Source: Moniliella sp. 'wahieum' (lineage: Eukaryota). From it: DNA of 64,000 nucleotides. Location: positions 496,001 to 560,000 of the forward strand of contig RSEE01000001.1 of the NCBI GenBank assembly GCA_003971905.1. Reading direction: 5' to 3'. Both the position numbers and the translations under genes were made by a program. Positions 51,201 through 63,019 of this stretch are shown here, piece after piece. The notes under the pieces are model-generated. The model did not search any database. It saw only the letters and a program-made list of their open reading frames with translations, and was not told the origin of the DNA. Every line of letters begins with the position of its first letter. The stretch's first letter is position 1.

Positions 51201-53229
51201 GAAACTATCACAGAAGATGCCGTTGACACTGGCCACCAAGTCCTGCTTTCCCCTCCCTCTTCCACTTCCCCTTCCTCTCCCGCCCTATCCCCCTCCCCTC
51301 TCTCCCCCCGACACGCTCGCCCCCGTGACCGTGCCCCTGACCGATACAGCCGTCCCCGCACTCGTGCGTCGCAATCCCGTTCGCCAAGCGCGTATCAACG
51401 CTCCACCCCTCGACCTGTCCATTCCAGCCAACGACAATTTGCGCGATGGCACCTTTTCCCTGCTCGTCAACAAGGCCCCTAGCATCTTTGGCAACCCGGC
51501 CGCCCTCTCCGCCCTAGGAATGCAGGCTTTGGTGAGTATTTTCGGACCAGCGCCGGACACATCCATGCTACCTGCTTCGGAGCCAAGCTCGCCCCCCATT
51601 GCACTCGCAATCGAATCCGCGGCAAGTGACACCGAGGTCATACTGACCACCGATGGGGTCCCGGTGGCCCCCAAGAACATCAAGAAGTTGGTGGGTCACC
51701 CTGCCTTTGATGGCGTACTCGAGGCAATGCGCCTCGAGCTTCGGCGTTTTGACGAGCGTGACGTGAAGGAAGTTGTACCCATCCCCCCAGGGATCAAACC
51801 CCTTCCCGGCATGTGGGTCATAGGTACTAAGACGGATGCGGATGCTAACTTCCTCAAGTACCGTGCCCGCTACGTTGTGGGAGGGCACCGGCAAGTTCCT
51901 GGCACATGGGCGAAATCTTTTGCTCCTGCCGTTCGTACTGCTGCCGTCAACACGCTAATTGCGTTGGCCGAAGCTGATGGCCTCCACTTATTTTCTGCCG
52001 ATGTGGAAGCTGCCTACCTCTATGCCGATATCAACGAGCTCGTCTATGTTCGACCACCCCCCTTCTTCCCAGAAGCGCCCGGTCATTGCTGGAGACTCAA
52101 GAAAAGTCTCTATGGCCTGCACCAGAGCGGGGCCAACTTTGGAGATTGGCTCCGCACTTTCCTTTGCGACCGACTCCACTTCACTAGCCTAAAATCAGAG
52201 CCTTGCCTGTTCATACGTCGCACCGAACCTCTTGGCCTGATCCTAATCGCCGTCCACACTGACGACTTTTTGGTCGCGTGTCGGTCCCAAGAAGCGTATG
52301 ATGAATTCTTAGTGGAATTAAGGCGCAGCATCCAAATTAAGTCCAACGGCCCCCTACGTTTCCATCTCGGCTGCCAATACGACCGTATCGATGGACGACT
52401 GTACATCAGCCAACCCAAATTCATCGCTGAGACGCTTGCCGCGCATGACATATCACCTCACCGGCCCCGCTACCTTCCAATCGGCCACCAACTTCCGCCT
52501 CCCAAGCGACCCGAACACGAAAAGCGTGCCACTCGAGACGAGCACCGTGCCTACCGTTCTATTGTCGGATCCAGCTTGTGGGCGGCTCGTATGTCCCGGC
52601 CTGATGCCCTCTTTGCGGCTACCTTTTTAGCGCGGTTTATGGACGACCCGTCCGCCGCCCACCGACGCGCAGCGGAGGACCTATTACGTTTCTTCGCCGG
52701 TACGTCTGACTACTCTTTGTGCCTCACACCCAACCGATCTCGCCCTCTACTCGAGCTGCACACCGATGCCTCCTTTGCATCAGACAAGAGCAACTCTCAC
52801 TCCGTTTCGGGCCATGTTGTTTTTGTTTTCGGTGTGCCTGTATCCTGGGGCTCCAAGTCCCAAAATCAAGGTGTGAGCAACACAGCAGCATCTGAATACC
52901 TAGCCATGGGAGATGGCCTTCGAGATGCTCTATTCATTCGCAACATACTGTTTGAACTTGGTGTCTGCAAGGCTAATCACCCGATTGAGCTCTTTGTTGA
53001 CAACACCGCTGCCAAAGCGTTGGCCGAAAAGCTCGGCAGCCTAGGCAAAATACGGGAGATTGACGTCTCGTACCACGAGGTGCGGGAACGCATCCACCGA
53101 GGCGAAATTAAAGTCCACTACACTCCAGGTGCACACCATCTCCCTGACTGGTTCACCAAACCTCTTTCTCTTCCCAAGATCATTTCTGCGCGTAACAATT
53201 TCGATTTGGCTTCTCTTTCTTCGCGCTGA
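48290..53229 (+). CDS. Copia Gag-Pol polyprotein (frameshifted)
   Basis: Protease HDSGARPSVF...VANG (~49520); GAG-pre-integrase HIRWNH...CAPC; integrase LHLDV/IVDDFTRY/VRSDNAPEL/SNGVAER; RT KYRARYVVGG, DVEAAYLY, LKKSLYGLHQSG, HTDD; RNase H TDASFA, SEY, VDN. Confidence 0.93.
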
Positions 53230-53294
53230 TCCCCTTTCTACTTTTCTTTTGTTGATGGCCAACGGGCTTCTTTCGTTCCCTTGGCCCGGGGGGG

Positions 53295-53510
53295 TGTTGG
53301 GACCCGTGGTCCCGTACTTAGGCCAAGGCGCCTCATCACCCTTCACCCCTGATTTGTCCTCCGAAGCCTCCACGTGTATACTCAGGCTTGTCTGAACCCC
53401 TGTCTCTAGGTGTGGCACAAGGCTTAGACCTTAACCACCACCATCGCGATTGCATTGCTCTACATTTCCAGAGGTTCTTCACCCAATCCTTGGGTTCCTC
53501 CGGTCTTACA
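53295..53510 (+). repeat. 3' LTR
   Basis: TGTTGGGACCCGTGG...CCGGTCTTACA followed by TSD GTAAG. Confidence 0.95.
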
Positions 53511-55636
53511 GTAAGCGTTTAAGCTCTGTCAATGATATGGTTTTAGGACATAGCCACAGTCACGAGCTACTATATAGTAGTAGTACAAGTTGGGCAGGCC
53601 AATTATAGAGGCCTTTTTGAGAAGAGGAGCCTCAGCCTGAGAGGCCTAAGCGCAGTTGTTGTGGCGGAGGGCAGGTGCTATGTGGGTTTGGCATCGAGCA
53701 TCGTACGTATCGCTGCATCTGATACCTATACTACTAGTGAGGCCGAGGAGAGGCCGTGAGGCGGAAGAGGGATAGCAATGGAGAGGAATGGACAGTAGGT
53801 TGAGCGCGCGTTGAACGCTCGTTGAGCGCTGAGCTACTCAACTTGAACGTACCTTGAACGTTGACCGTTGAACGTTGAACGTTGACATGTGTTGTCACCT
53901 GCCAAGCATCCGTGCTCCTTTGGTCTGCTGGGGCGGAATGCAATGTCAGGGAAAACAGCTGATGCGACGGAGGACAAAGCTAATGATAGCCATGTAAGTT
54001 TAATGGCTACTGCTGTCGTGCAGGGCCTCCACATAGATCGACAATGGATTACCGATGATCAGTACGTGACTGCGCCTTTCTTTTGGCTTGAAGAGCTTGA
54101 AGCTTGAAGCTTTGGAGCTTGAAGAAGCTTTTGCTTGAGAATTTTAAGCTTGAGCGACGCGTTCAGTTACTTTCGGAGTACTGTCAGTATTACCACTCAC
54201 TATAGACTCACTACATCACTGGTACTGCTTAACGTCCTCAGTCCAGAATTAAAGTGAGTTCAGATCTCAGAAGGGCTGTGGATGTCCTGCTGGTAATGCG
54301 TGATGCTGTGATGGGCCCGGTGGCCGGCCAGAAGCGAGGGAAAGAGCGAGGAAAGGGAGTCGAGGGCGCGGGTGTGCTGGTGCTGGTGCTGGGGTCGGAT
54401 AAGTCGGGCCTCGGGGGAGGATTGCATATGGATCTGGACAGGCTCTGCGATACTGGAGCTGAGTGCCAGCGCTCTAACGGGCGTGACGCGTGACGCGTAA
54501 TGAACAAGCGCCCCCAGCCCGTCGATGCGATGTGACATGTGGCATGTGAGATTTGAGATCAGAGGTGATATATTGGCCGTCTTTCTGATTTGCTTTGAGC
54601 TGGCAGAGAGACGTCAAGCGGGAGGCTGGCGCGTGCGCTGTTGCCGCCGCAGGGGGGGGGCCCGAACCAAATCCAGGCGTGAAGCGGTTGCGCAGGCCAG
54701 TCGCTACCGCCTCGGTGCGGGTGTGCCAGTGGTGTGCCAGTGGTGTGCCAGGGGGGTGCCAGAGGGGATGTAGATGGTTTTTGAGCTGCACAACGGCGGT
54801 GCCGGGGCGCTAGGACGCAGCAACACAGGCCCAGTGCCAGGATGTGCGCTGTGGCAAGGAGCCAGCCGGGAGCAGCGAACGATGCTCTGATCGGCCGGGG
54901 GGTGGGCAGGCGGCGCCGTGCTGGCTGGACAGGAGGCAGCGGGGGCCCAGCGGTGCATGTGCTGCGATCCCCGCTGTCGAAGAGGCGTGGGGGCGGTGTG
55001 CGGGGCGCGGGGGGCCGGGCGGGCGCACCAGCAGGCGCCAGCCGAGGCGGGGCGGTGCAGGCAAGGGGCAGGGCGAGGCTGGGGCAGTGCGCTGGCTTGC
55101 TGCCTGCACGTCGAGGCACATGCGTATAGCAAGGCCTAATCTCATCTCAAGCAAGGGTGTGCTGATGCACGGATGGGGCTACGCGCTGAGCCTACGCGCT
55201 AATCTGCCGATGCTGCCGATGGGGGCGTGCTGTGCTGGGGGCATCCGCCCGGCGGTGGGGCGGAGGGGGGAGAGATCGACGGGTGAGCGGTGATGATCCC
55301 AGGGCGGCGAGCGGCAGGGGGCGGCTCACCGAGCGATCATGATGCATGCGATGGATGATGGATGCGGCCGGGTATGTGGATGGATATGCGTTGAACTGAT
55401 GGAGGGAGCAAGGGGCGCCTGCCACGGCCCAGCGTGGGCGTGCAGAGGCAAGTGTCCGGGCAGCCCCGCCCAAGACACCGCTGCGGCTGGCGAGGGCTGT
55501 CTGCGGGCTGTCGGCGGCTGTCTGCGGTGTCTGGGGTACTTGGAACGTTGGCGAACGCTGGGCGTTGCGTTGCCCGTTGATGCATGCATGAACGCACGCT
55601 GCACTGGGCTGGAAGCTTAACATGTAACAGCAACTG

Positions 55637-58600
55637 ATGCGTGACCGCTACGCGAACCCCTCCGTCCCTGGGCCCTCCACAGCGTCGAACTTCGTTCTTG
55701 CCCAGCCCACCGCCCACACACCCACACCCACACCCACACCCGCTCCTTTCGCCGTCGCTGTTGCCCTCGCCTTCGCCTTCGCCTTCGCCTTTGCCTTCAC
55801 CCGCGCATTCACATTCACATTTGCTTTCCCTTGCGCTTCCGCCTGCGCTCCCATGGCCGTCGCTGCTGCCGCGGCCGCCGACCGTCGTTGGTGTCCTCCA
55901 GCCAGCAGCCATACGCTTCCACAGCGCACTTCCTCGTCGGCTGCCGACAGCATGTGGTCCGCTCGGTACGCTATGCCTCCCCCTCCTGCTCCTCGCCCCC
56001 CCCCCTAACCCCTCTCCCGTCCAGCATGACCCCCACCAGCTCCGCGAATGAGTCCCACGCCTCCCAGACGTCCACCGATGGCACCGTGGCCAGCGCCGTC
56101 GGCCTCGCCAGCCCCCTCCCACATCCTCATCTGCTAGGAAAGGGCAACACTCCCGCTCATCCGAACCCTCCTGCTTCTCCTTCGGCCTCTGCCTTTCCCT
56201 CTGCCTTTCCCTCTGCCTCCCCCTCACCCTCTGCCTCGCCATCACCTTCACCCTTCTCCAGCCCCAGGCGCCCTCCCCCCTCGCATTCCCGCCGCCAGAG
56301 CACGTCCCGCTTCCTGGCCAGCTTCCTCCCTTCCTCCCTCTCCGGCATCATGCTCCCCGCCGAGAAGGAGGATCTGCCGCCAGCCCCATCCCCACCTCAA
56401 CCGCCTCAGGACCAGCCAGCCCCAGTGCTTGCCCCCATTGTACCCCTTGCACCGTTGACTCTAACTCCAACCGCTAGCCTCGAGGAGCACAAACACGACC
56501 ATGCTCCCCCCCGTCTTCCCACCCCACCAATCACAGCCCCCTCCCGCTTTCCCGCTCCCCCAGCCCCATACAGTACCACCTACCCCGCCCTGCCCAGACG
56601 CCTGCCCCGGCACTATTGACCATTCTTCCCTCCCCTGCCTCCTCCCACCTTTCCTCGATTCCGACTGGGGGGGACCCTTGCCCATTCCTGGCGCCGGGAC
56701 CCAGTCTCTCGGTGAGTTGGCGGATACGATCCAAGCGGCCACCCCTAAACCCACGCCCAGAGGTCAATCGGCACCAGTGTCACTCAGTGCATCAGCCGAG
56801 ACTTTGACGGTTACCATGTCGACTGCCAGCGACGCAACTCCCACGCCCACTTCATCCTCCCATGCCTCTACTTCCCAACCTCAATCCAACCCGCCGCTCT
56901 CATCCTTTCGACGTGAGCGAGTAAGATCGCGCGATTCCATCTTGCTCTCTCGTTCTTTGCTTCGCTCGCTCAGTATGTCCCCCGCCGTCGACCCGACAAC
57001 CAAACAAACTCGGGCCAGGCTTCCAACCGAACCTGTTGGACCCGCCAAGGTCAACCGTCCAAGCCCCGCTCCCTTCCGACAACGGCCCTTCCACTAGCCC
57101 AGTTGAGCCAAGCCGGCGAATGTCCTTATCGCGCTCGGCTTCAATGCTGGGTGGATCGCTTCGGGCTCGCCTGCAACGCAAGCAATCATCCTCAATTGCC
57201 CCCGAGCGGTCAGAGCCGCCCTGGTATCCAACGCGCCTGATTCTCCGGTAGACATGGATGTTCCCAAGCGACGTTCCCTTCGGAGGAACGCTACATTTAC
57301 CCAGCGGGCATATCGTTCGACCCTAGTGCGATTCCCTGTCCAGGAGTTGGATTCTGTCCAGGCTCTGGACCTCCCTCGGTTGTGGGAGAGCGGTCCATGC
57401 AGATGGGAAGCAAACAAAGTTCATACGAATCGCACGATCTCCCCAGTGACGGTGACCGTGACGCTGCTACAGGTACCAGTCCGGACAGTGAGGAGGTCGC
57501 CACCCCGGAACCCATCTCACGCCACACTTCCCTCTCTGGCCGGAAGGAAGAGAAGCGGGGGAGTCCAATTCGATCTAGCACCGGAAACCGGTTGAGTCGG
57601 AGCATGCAGACCGTGCTGGATCTGCATGTTCGACGCAACTCCCTCACCTCGCGGCCAGCCGTGAGTCGTCCTTTGTCCGCACCCATGCCCACCGTGGTCA
57701 TCGCGCCGAGGCGTCTCCGTTTGAATCGGCGTTTGCTGCGTCGCTCCAGCACCGCCCCAGCTTGACTTTGCGGCCCAACTCGCTTCATCTTCGTCATCCC
57801 CTTCCCAACTCCCCCTCCACAGCGTTCCGCATCGCGGATGACCTCGAGTTTCTTCATGCACTCGAAGACGTTCGCCGATTTCAGCGCGAGAGACGGAGAG
57901 GGAGCTTGGACGTCGACATTGCCTCACCACATGCGCGCTTGCGTAGAGAAGGACCAGATCGCAACTCTGCCCACCTATACCGGTTGGATCAACGCCCAGA
58001 GTGGGATCCGGGACTGGGTCCCCTTCAACCGAGCCGTCCAAACCGTTTCCTCCCCAATCCCTTCTCGGTACACCTCCTCGTCCCTGGAGATGGATAGGTA
58101 TATGGCGAATCGAGGGAGGCGGCCTTCAGTCCGCTGGCACCTCCCTCTGCTCCTGCTGCTGTCGACTCGAGTCGCAGAAGGGCGCTTAGTTGGACGGGTG
58201 AGACGGGCAGCTTGGGCCAGGATCAACGCGAGGTGTGGATCCGACTGAGGAGCAGGAGTCGGTGTGTAGGCATGGTGCAACCCCTTGCCGAGGCATTTCC
58301 TTCTTCCTTGGTCGATCCCTTGGATCGGGGCGAGGCACCTGCACGAACATCGCTTGAATACGAAGAGCAAAGCTTCGTCCCTTCCCTCTTGTCAGAACAC
58401 GAGCCGCGTGGGCGTCATTCCTGGCACGCCAACGTGGTGGGATGCGCATCTGGCCAAGAAGCTGGGAGTGAGGCCATTGAAAATGACGACGATTGGGCCA
58501 AGGAAGTCAAGGCACTTTTCGGTATGTGCTGCTTGGGTTTGGGTTGCGATATGTAATGCTAACTTCTGAGCGTGTCTAACCAGTTATTCGCGAGCTCATC

Positions 58601-59328
58601 CAAACCGAACGAAGCTACGGACGACACCTCGAGTGTTTGCTGGACGCGGTGCAGCGTGCACTACAGCGCGACCCCGGCTCGCCGCCACCGACCAAGCGCG
58701 ACACAAGGCACTTGGCCAGTCTCACCAACCTTCTCCCCGGCTTGATTGCACTGAGCCAAGAGTTGGTGATGCGATGAGCGTTCTCCGACCGCGGCCGGGT
58801 AGGGGCGTCGTTTGCACTGGTGGGCGCCCGGCTGGAGGCCACAATGATTGGGTGGAGTTTACATAGCTGACGTGATGGCCCAGTTGAGGACCATGGAGTT
58901 AGCCCGCGTTTGCACCGCCGCTGTCCGCGTGGTGGGCTTGGTGGAGTGCCGCCCGACTCGTTCTACCCTTCGCCTTTGCGCCGTGCGGATCGCACGCTCG
59001 TGCCCCCGCCCTCGCCGCAACAGGCACCAGCTTTTTTGAAGATGCGCAGCCGCCAATACGAACCGCTCGTACCGTTCCCAGCCGCGTCGCAAAGCGCTTA
59101 CCGCTCTGGACATTGTCATCATGCCCACCCAACGGTTGCCACGGTACCTGTTGCTCTTACGTGAGCTCCAAACCCATACCCCTCGCGGGAGCGCCGGCGT
59201 CGATTGAGTTGGAAGGCGCGCTGCGGATCTGCCGTCGGGTGGCTGATTGTGTGGACGGTGCGTCGGCGGCGGGCAGTAAAGTCAGAAGGGTCATCAAGAA
59301 GCGGTCATCCGATGGGACTGGGCCTTGA
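55637..59328 (+). CDS. Rho guanine nucleotide exchange factor (C-terminal DH domain), paralog B
   Basis: DDWAKEVKALF|VIRELIQTERSYGRHLE across intron 58522..58583, and LDIVIMPTQRLPRYLLLLRELQ at ~59107-59172. Long Pro/Ser-rich N-terminus; start uncertain (55637 or 56026). Confidence 0.78.
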
Positions 59329-60168
59329 TGCTTTCGGGTGCTGGCACTCTCTCCTTCTCTTCTCATCCCCTCTTCTTCCAAAGTGGGTGCATGGCGAGGG
59401 GGCGACCTTCCTAGTTCGGTCGGATTGGCCCCTCGCCTGGGCTCTCCTTGTCTTTTTCTATTTGCAGCTCCCCTTTTTGGCCATCCTCCCTGCATATCCT
59501 TTTTGTTGTGGTCTCTTTCTTTTTGATTTGTCCACCAGTATTCGTTGTCTCTCGTCGAAAGTTTGTTGTGGTGAATGATGTGTCTGTCGTTGTTGGTGCG
59601 GCGGTCTGGTGGCTGTGTCTAGTGGCTGTGTTGGATGGATTAGTCTGTCCGACTGTCTGTTTTGGCACTTTAGCGTGCGGGCAGCAGGCCATTAAGATCT
59701 AAGAGAGAAGCAGAGGACACGGTTGCTGTGCCAGCGTGTCTCTGGTGTACAAAAAGCTGTCAAGGTCCTAATTGAACAGGGGGTGCAGGCCATATGCCAT
59801 ACCACCATCTTTCACCGCCATCAGAATCATTGTCCTCGCTACTGTCCCGGCTGTTTTGTGTGGTCCCTCTGTATGAACCCTTGGAACTGTAATCAATAAT
59901 CGTGGGTAATTTGTGCGTGCCAGCGAATCCGCACGCCTGTACGCCTGCACGTGATCACGTTAATTTAAAACGCGCGTGCCCCAAACACGCGCCACCGCAG
60001 CTGTGAAATGAGTAGCGAGGATGATCGGTGATCGATCACAGTGCAGTGGATGTGCTATTTGCCCATCTCGTTCCTTGCAAGGCAACACCGGTTGATTGCC
60101 ACCACCACCGCTCCATCCATACCCATGCCTCCAGCTCTTTCACCGACGATCTCAGCTTTGGCGGCGAC

Positions 60169-61475
60169 ATGTCCGGCCTGCTTGACTGCAGCGCTGACGC
60201 TCTGGACGACCTCAAGGCGTCCACTGCCCAGCCGAATGCGGGGGGCGAGCGGGCTCCCTCCTTCGCCCGCCAAGGTTCCTTTTCGCGCGCATCCAAGTCG
60301 CGGCCTAGCTGGGGACCTCCCCCAACGGATGTTCACAACCAGGGACTTCGGTTGCTCGATGGTCTTCCTGAACCACCGCGGTGGCCCTTGAACGAGGTGC
60401 AAGACCAACCGAATGCAAGCACGGGCGCCGGCTCCAACAAGTCAGACCATGACGAGCGCCAGCGGATCGGGCGCAACGGGATCCAAACTTCGTTTGGGTG
60501 GCATTGAGCGGGGCAAGGGCAAGCCAAGGTTTCCTTTTTGCCAAGCCAGCGTATGCCGCCACAAACGGTTCCAAGCGGTCCCACCATTCCTCACAGTCCA
60601 CGTCCGTGCCCGGCACATCCGCACTTCCTTCGCTTGCGGATGACGTGTCTACGCCTCTGGCTTCGGACGATTTGGAGCATCGCCTGCACCTACGCCCGCT
60701 TCGGAAAACATGGGACCCTTCCAACTCGAGACGATACATCAACGAGATTGGCCAGTTGCGAGCGTTGAACCTGTTTTTCCAATTACGACGCCATGTCAAG
60801 GTACTGCGACCATATCGAGTGAGTATAGCTGCCTTGCTTGATCGCTGGGGATTCTAACATCTGACTGGCCTCGATGTTTGTTTAGGTGTGGCATCGCGCG
60901 TGATGACATCAACCAGCTCCTTGATGTTTACATTGACTTTTTGCGCCGCTCGCAGCAGATTCACACCCTTCTCACCGATCCTGAGTGGCAGGGATTAGTG
61001 AGGAGGGGCGCTTGCTGATGAAGCAGTCACGGCAGCTGCCCAAGCGGCTGCCAAGCGCCAAGCTGAAGCCGAAGCCAAACGACGCGAAGAGGAGGCTCGC
61101 CACGCTGCCCAACAAGAAGCTGCTCGCAAACGTACCGAAGCCGCCGCTTCGTCCAACCGATTGGGCTCGCGCCGCTCCACTGTTCGCGGTGGCCGTGGTG
61201 GTCGGCCTGGCATGCTTCCGTTTCTGCCTCGGCACGTGCAGGGGGGGTCTTTGGGCCGCCACTTGGGCAGAGGTGCTATGACGGGTGCAGTCAGGGGTCG
61301 ATCAGGCCGGGTAGCAACTTCTTCCCGGGCGAATGGTCCAGTCACACGTTCCTCCACCACCGCCTCGGTCACATCGGGGCCTAATGCAGGCAAGAGAACA
61401 AGTGGCATTCCTCGCCCCTCTGTCGCAGGGGGGAGGTATAGCCACATCCCGGGCTCAGGCTATGGGCGTCGCTAG
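60169..61475 (+). CDS. DUO1: DASH/Dam1 complex subunit Duo1-like
   Basis: EIGQLRALN...DINQLLDVYIDFLRRSQQIHTLLTDPEWQG matches the Duo1 core (LLxxY/W...LIxDPxWQG). It is followed by a charged coiled coil and a basic R/G/S-rich tail. Intron ~60801..60885. Confidence 0.65.
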
Positions 61476-61932
61476 CCAATATGGATCTGGTTGGGGGTCC
61501 ACCTGCCAAATGTCGATTCAGCGCCACGAAATAGCATGATTCTCCAGCAGGATCTCTGTGGACTGTGCTGGCGTCCAACACACCTTGGCGATAGCGTTGC
61601 TGGAAACGATGGGCAGCGTGGATGCAAGAGGTGGAACAGATCCGTAGGCCGCAAACAGAGAGTGCCTGAACGATCAATGAATGGCGTTCGGTGATACAGG
61701 CTGGATGGTGGATGAGATTGAGTTCGGATAGCGGCGCTCGCACTGTGCCGTAGTCGTGCTTTGGCGGCTGGGTCCGCGGCATCTCGCTCGACCAATATGG
61801 AATCGATTAATCAGCAATTATGAAATCTGTGGGGTACGGGCTGCCACGGGCCTCTTCCTGGGGTTTGGCGGTGCTGCTTCCACCCACTTGCCACTCTCCA
61901 TCGCTCCACCCCACCCTACCACTGCCAGTGCC

Positions 61933-62907
61933 ATGTCTGTGCTGGCCAGCTTGCGCAGCTCTGTGCGCTCCACCCCGCGTATTGTACGCACCCTTCACAC
62001 CACGCCCCGCGCAGCGATCCATGTTGAGCCAGGTTTGTCTGCCTCTTCTCTGTGACTCGATTGAAGAGGATCTGACGCTGAAGGCGGTTTCGAATGGTCG
62101 GTAGTACCGCTACGGAAGACAACTATGGCTACATTATTGTCGATGACCGCTCGGACGATGGCAAGCGGCGTGCCATCTTTGTGGACCCATTTGATTGCCT
62201 TCAATGACAGCCAGGGCTCAGGCTCTGCAGGTCGACGAGGTGACGGGCTGCCTCACCACCCACCATCACCACGACCACTCGGGCGGGAATGAACGTACGC
62301 TCATGCCTTTCCGCATACACCCATCTGGGGACCCTCAGAGCAGATTCCCTTCCGCACGGACTCCATCGAGGGCGGCGATAGTTTCTACCTCCCTGGCTCG
62401 TCAATCAAAGCGACGGTATATGCGACGCCGTGTCACACCCGCGACTCGGTTTGCGTCCTGCTTGATGACGAAAGAGCCAGTGCCCAGGGTCCTGGAATCC
62501 GCAGGGTGATTTTGAGGCGATACGCTTTTTGTCGCTGGCTGTGGTCGTTTCTTTGAGGGCGGGGCAGAAGATATGCTTTCAGCTCTGAACACGATCTGCA
62601 CTTTGCCTTCAGACGCACTGATTTGCTGCGGACACGAGTACACGTCTTCCAATGCGAAGTTTGCCGCGAAGTATTGCCCAATAGGCAGGGGGTCCTTGCA
62701 CTGCTTGAGGACTTACGCGGCCAACGAGGGCATGGGATCACCACTAACCTATACACCCTGGCCGATGAGAAGACGCATAACCCCTTCATCCTTGCCGCTC
62801 ATGCGGACCCTGAAGTGTTAGCGGCAGTCAAGGCAAAGACACCTTTGGAGGCGATTCAGAAATTGCGCGAAGCCAAAAATGCCGGGGGACTGCACGCTGT
62901 GTTGTAA
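61933..62907 (+). CDS. GLO2: Hydroxyacylglutathione hydrolase (glyoxalase II) with a probable mitochondrial presequence
   Basis: R/S-rich, acid-free N-terminus [16 protein letters not shown]; intron 62033..62104; [51 protein letters not shown]. Confidence 0.93.
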
Positions 62908-63019
62908 GCCTGGACCTGACTTGCAAATCTGCGAACAATTTATGCATTGTAGTTGTGCGTTGTTGGCGCTCAGACTGAGCGCCGAGAGCTCCAAGGAGAA
63001 AAAGCATAGACCTGATGCA

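Larger units (their letters stand above)
47971..53510 (+). mobile_element. Full-length Ty1/Copia LTR retrotransposon
   Basis: TG...CA LTRs at 47971..48183 and 53295..53510; 5-bp TSD GTAAG on both sides; G-rich PPT before the 3' LTR; domain order gag, PR, IN, RT, RNase H. Confidence 0.97.

Noticed and set aside
46453..53540. A TIR DNA transposon bounded by the inverted CATTGACAGAGCTTAA motifs
   Set aside because: No transposase or matching TSD is visible, the arms are quite diverged, and a third copy with RLE-like coding similarity exists at 38.7 kb.
7271..59578. Numerous long antisense or overlapping ORFs (e.g. 14544..15242, 28569..29405, 55337..56251)
   Set aside because: Shadow ORFs expected from high GC and codon bias of the real genes on the opposite strand.
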